Shown here: piece after piece, positions 55,901 to 63,855 of the stretch | Numbering within the stretch: position 1 is the stretch's first letter | Layout: each line of letters begins with the position of its first letter | DNA from: Patescibacteria group bacterium | Lineage (GTDB): Bacteria; Patescibacteriota; Minisyncoccia; Phycocordibacterales; JACOZG01 | NCBI GenBank assembly: GCA_038065495.1 | Contig: JBBTQW010000002.1 | Span: 81,321-145,320 of the forward strand | DNA length: 64,000 bases | Reading direction: 5' to 3' | Position numbers and translations under genes: made by a program | Notes under the pieces: generated by a model | Seen by the model: the letters and a program-made list of their open reading frames with translations, nothing else | Databases searched by the model: none | What the model was told of the DNA's origin: nothing

Positions 55901-55961
55901 TTCTAAATTTTGAATTCCAGAACCCGCCTTCGCTAAAGCTACGGACGGGCAAGCATCGCCG

Positions 55962-56951
55962 TCAGATTTTAAACTCAATTACATCTCCGTCACTCACCAC
56001 ATAATCCCGCCCAACCGTACGCCAAGTTTTGCCGGCCAGTAAATCTGGCCAAGTAATCACTTCCGCTTTGATAAACTTTTCTTGGAAGTCGCCATGGATC
56101 GCCGTGCCAGCCTCGGGCGCCGTCCAGCCTTGCTTGATCGTCCAAGCCCGCGTTTCGTCCTCGCCAGTGGTAAAATATGTGGCTAAGCCGAGCAAAGCGT
56201 AACTCTGTTTGATGAGCTCATCCAAGCCGGTGTTGAAAATCGCATCAACTTCCACCCACTTCGCGCCTTGTCCGGCCATCAGATTTTCTAAAGCTTTCGT
56301 ATCCGCTTTGGCGCCAGCCGCTTCGGAATTATTGAAAACATAGAGCATCGGCTTGGCGGTGAGCAAGTGCAAACTCTTGAGCAAGATTTTTTCTTCTTTA
56401 TCTAAACTTAATTCTGACACTAACTTTCCCTGTTTTAAAATTTCTTCAAGTTTTTTCAACAACTTTTCTTCAAGAACTGCCTCTTTATCACCCCGACGCA
56501 CATCTTTCCCAATTGTCATCAAGCGCTTTTCAACTGTTTGCAAATCTGCGAGCGCTAATTCTAAATTGATAGTTTGCACGTCATCCAGTGGAGAGACTTT
56601 ATTATGCACATGGATAATATCTTTATCGTCGAAAATCCGCACCACCTCCGCAATCGCATCCACTTCGCGAATGTGCGAGAGGAATTTATTACCCAAACCC
56701 TCACCACTCGCCGCGCCCTTCACCAAGCCAGCGATGTCTACGAATTCGATCACCGCTGGCACTGTCTTGGCTGACTTGGAAAAATCTGACAATTTCTGTA
56801 ATCTCTCATCTGGCACCGGCACCACGCCCACACTCGGATCGATAGTACAAAATGGATAATTTTCTGCCGGAACAGACTTCTTCGTGAGCGCATTGAAGAG
56901 CGTGGACTTCCCCACATTTGGCAGGCCGACAATGCCGATTGAGAGCTTCAT
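55962..56951 (-). CDS. ychF: ribosome-binding ATPase YchF (Obg-family GTPase, short form)
   Basis: MKLSIGIVGLPNVGKSTLFNALTK G1 motif, DIAGLVKGAASGEGLGNKFL, and a TGS-like C-terminal domain. Confidence 0.85.
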   Translation of the reverse strand: MKLSIGIVGLPNVGKSTLFNALTKKSVPAENYPFCTIDPSVGVVPVPDERLQKLSDFSKSAKTVPAVIEFVDIAGLVKGAASGEGLGNKFLSHIREVDAIAEVVRIFDDKDIIHVHNKVSPLDDVQTINLELALADLQTVEKRLMTIGKDVRRGDKEAVLEEKLLKKLEEILKQGKLVSELSLDKEEKILLKSLHLLTAKPMLYVFNNSEAAGAKADTKALENLMAGQGAKWVEVDAIFNTGLDELIKQSYALLGLATYFTTGEDETRAWTIKQGWTAPEAGTAIHGDFQEKFIKAEVITWPDLLAGKTWRTVGRDYVVSDGDVIEFKI

Positions 56952-56990
56952 GTTGCTAAATATGCCTTATTTCCAGCTAAAGTTCAAGCA

Positions 56991-57034
56991 AAAAAAAATA
57001 AACCCCGTTCGCGATGCTGTGCATCGGAACGGGG
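56991..57034 (-). terminator. intrinsic terminator on the minus strand after the PEP-CTERM gene
   Basis: ccccgttcgcgatgc-tgt-gcatcggaacgggg, a ~14-bp stem; the plus-strand A9 run gives a T-run on the minus strand. Confidence 0.65.
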
Positions 57035-57080
57035 CGGTGTGGTTCAAATCAGTGTCAGATTATGATCAGGTGATTTGAGA

Positions 57081-57794
57081 TTAACAGAAAGATCTGCGCC
57101 GGCGAGGAAACAGAGGGAGTGAACCCAATCCGGCGATTGCCAGCGTCGCTGGTTCCGGCACCGGGCGATAGTCATAAGTGACTTTCGCGGTCAGGTTGAG
57201 AACCGGGTTCTCCACCTCTAGTTGCCACGAATCGGGCACATACGGCCCGAAGTTCGCCGTCTGGAAGATCACGTCCGGCGTGAACATGAAGTCCGCTGTG
57301 CCTGCGCCCAGATACGCCGCAAGCGGCTGAGCAGGATGTGAGACGGTCAATGTGGCATACGAGACGGTGCCAAAGTTGTGACCGTCTGGGCCAGAACTCT
57401 GGAAAACATCGTTATTACCACCATCGCCGTCATCCGGAGTAAGTGGGACCGAGGCTGTGTTCACAATCTTGGTATCGCCACTCGCGAGGCCGGCCGGGCC
57501 AGTCACTGACCACGAGCGAATCAGCTGACCTTGGACAAACAACTGCTGACCATGGTCAAACGGATCGTCGTTATCGGCCTGCAGATCCACCGAGCCATCA
57601 TGGCAAAACTCCACCAGCACACCGACCAGCTCGCGCGTGCCACCCATGTCGTCGAACTTGGGGACACTCACCACCACGCTCGGCTGGAGCGCACTCTCGA
57701 ACGAGTTCGATCCACTCACCATGTACGAATCCGCGCGCGCCGCGCTGGCCGTGAGCAACACGGCGACCATCCCCACCAAACTGGGAACTTTCAT
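57081..57794 (-). CDS. secreted protein with a C-terminal PEP-CTERM sorting signal
   Basis: Signal peptide MKVPSLVGMVAVLLTASAARA; C-terminus PVPEPATLAIAGLGSLPLFPRRRR (PEP motif, TM helix, Arg cluster). AAGGAG RBS before the internal ATG. GC-rich. Confidence 0.6.
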   Translation of the reverse strand: MKVPSLVGMVAVLLTASAARADSYMVSGSNSFESALQPSVVVSVPKFDDMGGTRELVGVLVEFCHDGSVDLQADNDDPFDHGQQLFVQGQLIRSWSVTGPAGLASGDTKIVNTASVPLTPDDGDGGNNDVFQSSGPDGHNFGTVSYATLTVSHPAQPLAAYLGAGTADFMFTPDVIFQTANFGPYVPDSWQLEVENPVLNLTAKVTYDYRPVPEPATLAIAGLGSLPLFPRRRRSFC

Positions 57795-57910
57795 ACTCAA
57801 ACTCCTTCTTGTCGAAGAACAATTTAGCCGCAAACCCTGCAGCCTTGGGAAGTTAGACGAAAATCTAACCAACTTATACCCTAGCAGATTTGCAAAAACT
57901 TGTCAAATAT

Positions 57911-58132
57911 TTAGCTCTGCTTCAGTTTTTCTAGCTCTGCTTGGTGGGTTAGCATCACTTCCATGGCCGCGGCTTGTTGATCTTGGCCAGACTTCACTTT
58001 TTCTTGTATTTCTTCCGCAATTTGCTTAAAAAGGGCGGGATTCTGCTTCACAATATTCATCACTTGACCGGCTTGCTCCTCGCTCACACCGTGAGATTTG
58101 AGCATTTTCTTCAAGATAAAGTCGCCAAACAT
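57911..58132 (-). CDS. small hypothetical protein (73 aa)
   Basis: ORF only; helical, no family recognised. Confidence 0.35.
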   Translation of the reverse strand: MFGDFILKKMLKSHGVSEEQAGQVMNIVKQNPALFKQIAEEIQEKVKSGQDQQAAAMEVMLTHQAELEKLKQS

Positions 58133-58190
58133 AAGTTTCTAATTTAACAAATATATGCTACAGTGGCAAACGAAAAGTTTTAAAATATTT

Positions 58191-58261
58191 GGGCCTATAG
58201 TATAGCGGTAGAACGGTTCCATGGCATGGAACAGGTCCGGGTTCGACTCCCGGTAGGTCCA
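58191..58261 (+). tRNA. tRNA-Ala (anticodon GGC)
   Basis: GGGCCTA/TAGGTCC acceptor with the G3:U70 Ala identity pair, anticodon arm GTTCC-ATGGCAT-GGAAC, T-arm CCGGG-TTCGACT-CCCGG, discriminator A. CCA is not encoded. Confidence 0.8.
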
Positions 58262-58273
58262 CAGAGTTTCCCC

Positions 58274-60013
58274 CTACTTCACCTCTTTCTCGATATCTTC
58301 GATTTCTTTTTTGATATATTTCTCAGCGGTCCGAAGATTCTTGCGGACACGAGTGAGGATGCGCGCTTCTTCGCGAGTCAAGTCGCGCTTCGTTTTAGCT
58401 TTCTCTAGCAAGCTTAACTGCTTCTCCAGATCTTCGCGCAGGAGATCAAAGGCTTGGCCGATTGACTCTTCTGCCTCATGCACTTCGGCTCGCACCTTGC
58501 GCCGCAGGCGATGTAAAGCGCGCTGGCTGTGCTCGAGCAAGAGCGCGAGTAAGACGAATAGCGCCACAAAAGGAATCGCGACCGAGAGAGCGGAAACAGC
58601 TTTATTGCCCAAGCGCCACCAGGCCGGCGGGCGCACGTTCAGCTCAATCGCCGTGCTGGGCAAACTACTCGCGCCGTCATCGCGTAGCACTCGGGCGGTA
58701 ATCGTATAATTGCCGGCCGGCAGTTTCTCTGGCGAAACAAAAGTAAAGCTGCCGAGGTTATCGCTCTTGATGCTGGCAATTTCGGCTGGATTAGCCCCTT
58801 CTTGCACGCTCACAAGCAAGCCGGTATCGGGATAAGTTTGACCTTTGGCCACCAAATTCTGCCCGGCGAGTAGATCGGTTGGGTAATCCGTCCAAGTTGG
58901 CGAGAGTAGCGGTAGAACCGTGACAGAAATCGAAGAGAGTAATGCATTACCAGCGCGATCGAAAGCGCGCGCGGTAATAGTGTGTGTGCCCGGTGGCAAG
59001 GCTGGCGTGCGATAAACTTCACCACGACCGCCACGCCAAACAGGCAGAGTCTCACTACCCGAACGTAATTCGTAATAATCTAAGCCAGAAGTACTATCGC
59101 TCGCGCTTAAGAGTAATTTAACTTTTGGATCCGTGTCGTCGTCCCGGGCGCTCTCGCGAATAAAGAAATTAGTCGGCTTAGTCGTGTCTATTTGCAGGCG
59201 ATAATGACTCGTCTCACTCCACTCGCCGTTACCCAATTTAGCTTGAACGTGGAAATACCACCTGCCGTCACCCAGATCATCCAAAATTTTCTCGCTCACG
59301 GCTGGCTCATAGAGCACGCTCGCCTCGCCACGCGCTGTTTTATTGACCGCTAGGCGCACCGCACTCGCGCCACTTGGCAAATCCCAGCTCAACTTGGCCG
59401 TGCTGGCACGATACCATTTGTCTTGATCTGGATGCGTGCTGGAAGTAATATTTAAACTATTCTGATCATCTTCAGTTTCAGAAATATCCGGAATTATCGG
59501 CTTGGCGATAGTTGGCTCTGTCGCCGCACCGCCAAGTTGCAAGCTGGCACTACCGGCGCTAGTCAAGATATTACTGCCTTGGCCGTCATTGGCGAGCACG
59601 GCTGGTGTGACAAAACTTAATTTGGCCGAGCCCGCACGCTTGGCTCGGAAGTTGATACTCAAAACTCGGCCAGAATTACCGGTAAAACCGGGATTAAGCG
59701 CCACGCCTTCGAAATTTATTGTTCCCGCAGAATTAGAAAAGCTCGGCTCTTGCACCCACAGGCCGACGACCGAGCCGCCCTTGGAGAGCGAAGTGACTTG
59801 CAAGAGATCAGCGGGGAAAGTGACAACGCCAGAAACAGCGTTCATGGCTTGGTCAGGTGTGGAAACGATTATTGTAACAGCAAAATTCTGACCAGCTGAG
59901 AAATTTCCAGTATTTGGACTAAGACTAAGTGACGCCGCGTGCGCAAAACTTGGCGCTAAAAAAAGAACTGAAGCAAAAAAGATTAAAAATATTTTTGAAA
60001 TAGAAAAATGCAT
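58274..60013 (-). CDS. cell-surface protein: signal peptide, cohesin-like N-terminal domain, Ig-like repeats, C-terminal TM anchor and a coiled-coil cytoplasmic tail
   Basis: SLSLSPNTGNFSAGQNFAVTIIVSTPDQAMNAVSGVVTFPADLLQVTSLS...LWVQEPSFSNSAGTINFEGV resembles the cohesin domains of CPR-type surface proteins; TM segment AIPFVALFVLLALLL near the C-terminus. Confidence 0.5.
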   Translation of the reverse strand: MHFSISKIFLIFFASVLFLAPSFAHAASLSLSPNTGNFSAGQNFAVTIIVSTPDQAMNAVSGVVTFPADLLQVTSLSKGGSVVGLWVQEPSFSNSAGTINFEGVALNPGFTGNSGRVLSINFRAKRAGSAKLSFVTPAVLANDGQGSNILTSAGSASLQLGGAATEPTIAKPIIPDISETEDDQNSLNITSSTHPDQDKWYRASTAKLSWDLPSGASAVRLAVNKTARGEASVLYEPAVSEKILDDLGDGRWYFHVQAKLGNGEWSETSHYRLQIDTTKPTNFFIRESARDDDTDPKVKLLLSASDSTSGLDYYELRSGSETLPVWRGGRGEVYRTPALPPGTHTITARAFDRAGNALLSSISVTVLPLLSPTWTDYPTDLLAGQNLVAKGQTYPDTGLLVSVQEGANPAEIASIKSDNLGSFTFVSPEKLPAGNYTITARVLRDDGASSLPSTAIELNVRPPAWWRLGNKAVSALSVAIPFVALFVLLALLLEHSQRALHRLRRKVRAEVHEAEESIGQAFDLLREDLEKQLSLLEKAKTKRDLTREEARILTRVRKNLRTAEKYIKKEIEDIEKEVK

Positions 60014-60015
60014 GT

Positions 60016-60912
60016 CTATTTATTATACTTCAATCGTGCAAACAACCACAAGCTCGCAATAATCCCCGCTACGAAAATTGCGAGCACGCCCAACTTTTTA
60101 CGCAATGAGAAAGTTGAGACTGGTTCTAATTCTAACTCTGGCGCTGTTTGCGGCTTCTCCACCGAGCTAGGAAAATTATTCTGAGAATTATTTTCTGGAT
60201 TTTTGTTCAGATTCATAGTCACCGGGATCTTTACCTCAGGCAAAACATTTTCTGGTTCTGGCTGGTTAATTACCTGCATCTGGGTTGAGAACAATCTCTG
60301 CCTAATTAAATTAAGCAAATTTAACAATAAATTTCTCAGATTTTCAGAAATTGTCGTAATAGCATTCGTGACGCCGTGGCTGATATTGCCAATAAAGCCC
60401 GAGCCACCACTGGAGCCATTCCCCGATCCTGTTCCGGTTTCTGTCTCCGTCCTGGCCGAAGCTGGTCGCCAGTCAGTCTGGACGGAACAATTGTCACAAT
60501 CAAAAGTCACTCGTCCCACACTATTACCAGATGTCCCAGCCGTACCCGCAAAAACACCATTATCACTGATACTGATGCCGCCTAAGTCGAGCCAGCCGAG
60601 GCCCGAGACCCACGCCGCGCCGCTCAAGCTCCCCTCGCTGGTATTGGCCACGCTCTGGCTAGAATTGCTGGGCTGGAAGTTGATCCAACCATATTTGCTA
60701 CTCCAGCCATAACCGGATAAGCCGGAGTCGGTGACTGTGACACCCACATACTCGTCGCTAGTGTTCGTTGGCGCGAGATTGATCCAACCGAGATTCTCAC
60801 CCCAAGCATAAGCGTGGCTGGCGCTGACCGTCCCCACAGTTTCGGAAGCTAAAGCAGGACTCACCAACGCTAGCGCGAGCAAAAAGATCAAACAGACTTT
60901 TTTAAGGCGCAT
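60016..60912 (-). CDS. secreted, membrane-anchored protein with three GW(I/L)(N/D)(L/F) repeats
   Basis: Signal peptide; repeats WGENLGWINL, YGWSSKYGWINF, AAWVSGLGWLDL; Gly/Ser/Thr-rich linker; C-terminal TM helix. Confidence 0.45.
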   Translation of the reverse strand: MRLKKVCLIFLLALALVSPALASETVGTVSASHAYAWGENLGWINLAPTNTSDEYVGVTVTDSGLSGYGWSSKYGWINFQPSNSSQSVANTSEGSLSGAAWVSGLGWLDLGGISISDNGVFAGTAGTSGNSVGRVTFDCDNCSVQTDWRPASARTETETGTGSGNGSSGGSGFIGNISHGVTNAITTISENLRNLLLNLLNLIRQRLFSTQMQVINQPEPENVLPEVKIPVTMNLNKNPENNSQNNFPSSVEKPQTAPELELEPVSTFSLRKKLGVLAIFVAGIIASLWLFARLKYNK

Positions 60913-61333
60913 GTTGTTCTACTTGTTCTGTTTTATTTTCGGCCTCTGCTTGCACCTGCGCGAGGGGCGCTGTTGTCACAATTTTATCCACCGCCGGCCG
61001 ATACAGCACAGCTAGATGGGCTTGCGGGAAAACAATCACCTTATCGCCGTTCTGAGCTGAACGAAAGAAGTCTTGACCGTTCAATTTTTCGCGATCAGAC
61101 ACCGTGGCCACCACCACACCGGTTTCGTCTGGGATAATCATCAGTCGCGCCAGTGATTTAATTATTTTTGTCGTTTCATTTTTCGCTCGGATTTCCGGAT
61201 CAGTCTGGAGCGTGCGATAGCGTTGATAGAGATAAGCCACCGCTACTAAACACAACACAAGTAACGCAACCAGAATCCGCGTCAAAACCGTTTGTCTGGC
61301 ATTAGTTGTTTTACGATTAGTACTAACAGTCAT
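60902..61333 (-). CDS. hypothetical membrane-anchored protein (143 aa)
   Basis: Single N-terminal TM helix (ILVALLVLCLVAVAYL); no recognised domain. Confidence 0.4.
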   Translation of the reverse strand: MTVSTNRKTTNARQTVLTRILVALLVLCLVAVAYLYQRYRTLQTDPEIRAKNETTKIIKSLARLMIIPDETGVVVATVSDREKLNGQDFFRSAQNGDKVIVFPQAHLAVLYRPAVDKIVTTAPLAQVQAEAENKTEQVEQHAP

Positions 61334-61345
61334 GATCTAAAAATA

Positions 61346-63850
61346 TTAAATAGTTTCTGGGACAACAATTTCTTCTGCTTGTTCAGAATTTTCTGGATTT
61401 TCTGACTTTAGTTCTGGTGCTGGTTCTGGTTTAGTAATAACTTCCGGTTCTGGTTCTGGTTCTGGTTCAGATTTAACTTCCGGCGTCACACTGGCAGGAG
61501 TGACTGACTGATTTAGTTTATCAAAATCTTCGGCCTTCAAACATTTTTCCGTGCCATCTGCTCGTTGCAAACACAGCTCTCTAGTGTGAACTTTCTCAAA
61601 ATAACCAACAACTGCCGTTACTCGCGCGCTGACAAAGTCAGTCACGGGCTTTAAACCTGTTTTAACTTTTTCCAGAATATATTCGCGCGCGTTTCGAGGA
61701 CTTTCCGTACTCACCTCATCCAAATTTAGTGTGAGTCCGCGGCTCTCCAGTGTCTCACCCCAACGCGCTTCTTGCTCTTGCACGGCGCGTACCACCAGCG
61801 CCAAGATCGCCCGGTCATCAATACCGCTAATCTGGCCCTCACCATCATGTGTCGCCAAGTGGTCATCAACTTCGGCAGTATCTTCCGCAATAAAACCGTA
61901 ACGCGTCCGACCGTCGCCCTCGTTGTAGACGAAAGAGACCGGCTCCAGACCGGCTAGAGTTTCTAAACCAGCCACTTCTAGCTCGGCGATATCATGCTTT
62001 GTCGCGCGGGTGGAAGACAAGCAAGCATCAGAGGCGCTGTTATACACAACTTGCTTACTAGAGCTCAAGCACAGCGAGCCAGCGCCAGTAGAGCCAGTGA
62101 GACCGTCGAAGCCGACTGTGCCAGTAACCGAGAGCGTGCGCCACGGCGAGGTGGTGGCCACGCCCAAGTTGCTGCCCACTTGGATATTGCCAGTGAGCGT
62201 AATCGCCGGATTGATCAATTTATCCAACTGACAAGCTGAGCAAGAAACCGTGCCAGTGCCATCAATGCTGTAAGTAGTAGTGGAAGCAGTGGTAATGCCA
62301 TTGAGCGAGAGGCCATTACCAGTGATGGTGATGGGAGCAATAGTACTATCGGGAATTAATTGTGCGCCAGAAACGTATGTGGTGCCACCACCAGTGTGAT
62401 AAAGCGGATAAGTACCACGCATCACACCACCTAAGACCTTCAGATCATCGCCGCCACTACCATTGCTAATACCGTGAGGATAAAGAGCTACTTCCAGCGT
62501 AACCCTAGCCGGAGTACCACCACAACCAGGCATATCAAGGGCGCCTTCGGCATTGGCGTCAAAAACTCTAGCTTTGACATAAAGGTTGCCGCAAGCAACC
62601 TCAATACCACTACCAGTGCCACCGCCTTCGCCACCCATAATAGTATCGGCATATAGATTAACATTGCCATCCGTCACAACGGCGTCATACTCTATGGAAG
62701 AAATATCGCGAGTCACGTGAGCAGTAAATTGCGCACCAGAACCAACCACAATCGCACTGGCATTAGGCGAACCGGCAGAGATTGAGCGAATGCGCTCGGC
62801 TGAGACTGTGACGGAGCTGGCGGCATTGGTGATAGAAAAAGGGGCGTGATCATTACTTCCAGCATTGCCCGCATAAATAAACTGACCGTGGCCACCAATA
62901 GTAGAAGTTGCGGCCCCGTTAGTGCCATTTGCACCATCATCAAAGATCGCCGCGCCAGAACCGGTAAAATAGACTACAGCGCCAGGCTCAAAGTAATAAT
63001 TAACGCCAGTCTTGAGCAGATTACTAGTGTCATAAAAACCCGGGCCAACATAAATAGTGCTGGATGCAGTAGCGTCTTGTTTTGCCTTCTGCAACATCGC
63101 ACCGCGCGCGGCGTTGGTGTCGGAAGAAATATAAGTTTTAGTACTAGTCGGTGTTTGTAGAACAATCGAGCCGGCCAGCGTAGTGGTGGCGGTAAAAGTG
63201 TTGACGCCAGAATAAGAATTGGTGGAAGTGGTACTAACATAGTCTAACCCGGCCGTGGCTACGCTCACGAGGCCAGTGGTGGACTTGAGCAAACCAGAGA
63301 AAGAATTGATGGAAACATTGCCGGTAAGGTTGAGCCCGCCGGAGCCGGCTTGCAAGTTGAGTGCGGTGGCGCCAGTGGTATTGCCAAGCGTGATTGTCTT
63401 GGCGCTGGAGCCGGTGCCAAAGTTTAGAGCACTAGCCGCAGCCGAATCAACCGTCAAAGCACCGCTACCAGTAATCGTCCCGCCGTTGACGCTAATATTA
63501 TTGGCAAAAGTGGTGGAGCCATCGTCGCCAAAGGTGACAAAAGCCGTGCCATTATCTTTGATAATAAAGTCGCCCTGGCCTGCGAGATTAAAAATCAAAT
63601 TAGAATCCGTGGCAGTGTCGGCGAGGGTGAAGGTGAGATCACGATTATCAGTGGTAACAATCGCATTGCCACTGGTGGCGTTATAAACTGCCTGCAAGGT
63701 CGAGCTGGCCACCGTACAGTTGGCAGTGGTTGGCGCACATTCGGGATCCAGCGTCTCGCCCGGGTCATAGGGTTGACCATCCCAAGCGGCAAACACCACT
63801 GAAGTGAGCAATAAACTAGTAACGATGACAGCGATGCCTATTTTCTTCAT
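61346..63850 (-). CDS. secreted beta-helical fibre/adhesin-like protein with an internal peptidase-S74 intramolecular-chaperone auto-processing domain and an acidic EP-repeat tail
   Basis: Signal peptide; long G/T/S/N-rich beta-solenoid-like region; ...TKHDIAELEVAGLETLAGLEPVSFVYNEGDGRTRYGFIAEDTAEVDDHL...ISGIDDRAILALVVRAVQEQ matches the S74/endosialidase-chaperone consensus (LKxNIxxL..LxPVxYxxK...GFIAQEVxxVxPE...VxYxxLxxLLIEAIKEL). Confidence 0.55.
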   Translation of the reverse strand: MKKIGIAVIVTSLLLTSVVFAAWDGQPYDPGETLDPECAPTTANCTVASSTLQAVYNATSGNAIVTTDNRDLTFTLADTATDSNLIFNLAGQGDFIIKDNGTAFVTFGDDGSTTFANNISVNGGTITGSGALTVDSAAASALNFGTGSSAKTITLGNTTGATALNLQAGSGGLNLTGNVSINSFSGLLKSTTGLVSVATAGLDYVSTTSTNSYSGVNTFTATTTLAGSIVLQTPTSTKTYISSDTNAARGAMLQKAKQDATASSTIYVGPGFYDTSNLLKTGVNYYFEPGAVVYFTGSGAAIFDDGANGTNGAATSTIGGHGQFIYAGNAGSNDHAPFSITNAASSVTVSAERIRSISAGSPNASAIVVGSGAQFTAHVTRDISSIEYDAVVTDGNVNLYADTIMGGEGGGTGSGIEVACGNLYVKARVFDANAEGALDMPGCGGTPARVTLEVALYPHGISNGSGGDDLKVLGGVMRGTYPLYHTGGGTTYVSGAQLIPDSTIAPITITGNGLSLNGITTASTTTYSIDGTGTVSCSACQLDKLINPAITLTGNIQVGSNLGVATTSPWRTLSVTGTVGFDGLTGSTGAGSLCLSSSKQVVYNSASDACLSSTRATKHDIAELEVAGLETLAGLEPVSFVYNEGDGRTRYGFIAEDTAEVDDHLATHDGEGQISGIDDRAILALVVRAVQEQEARWGETLESRGLTLNLDEVSTESPRNAREYILEKVKTGLKPVTDFVSARVTAVVGYFEKVHTRELCLQRADGTEKCLKAEDFDKLNQSVTPASVTPEVKSEPEPEPEPEVITKPEPAPELKSENPENSEQAEEIVVPETI

Positions 63851-63855
63851 TCACA

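Noticed and set aside
57905-57945. Short direct repeat tagctctgctt x2 upstream of the PEP-CTERM gene
   Set aside because: It is only 11 bp with two copies and no obvious function. It may be part of a promoter region, which is insufficient to call.
58133-58190. Looked for a promoter for tRNA-Ala (a TAAAAT 5 nt upstream of the tRNA)
   Set aside because: No convincing -35 element at 16-18 nt spacing, so it is not called.
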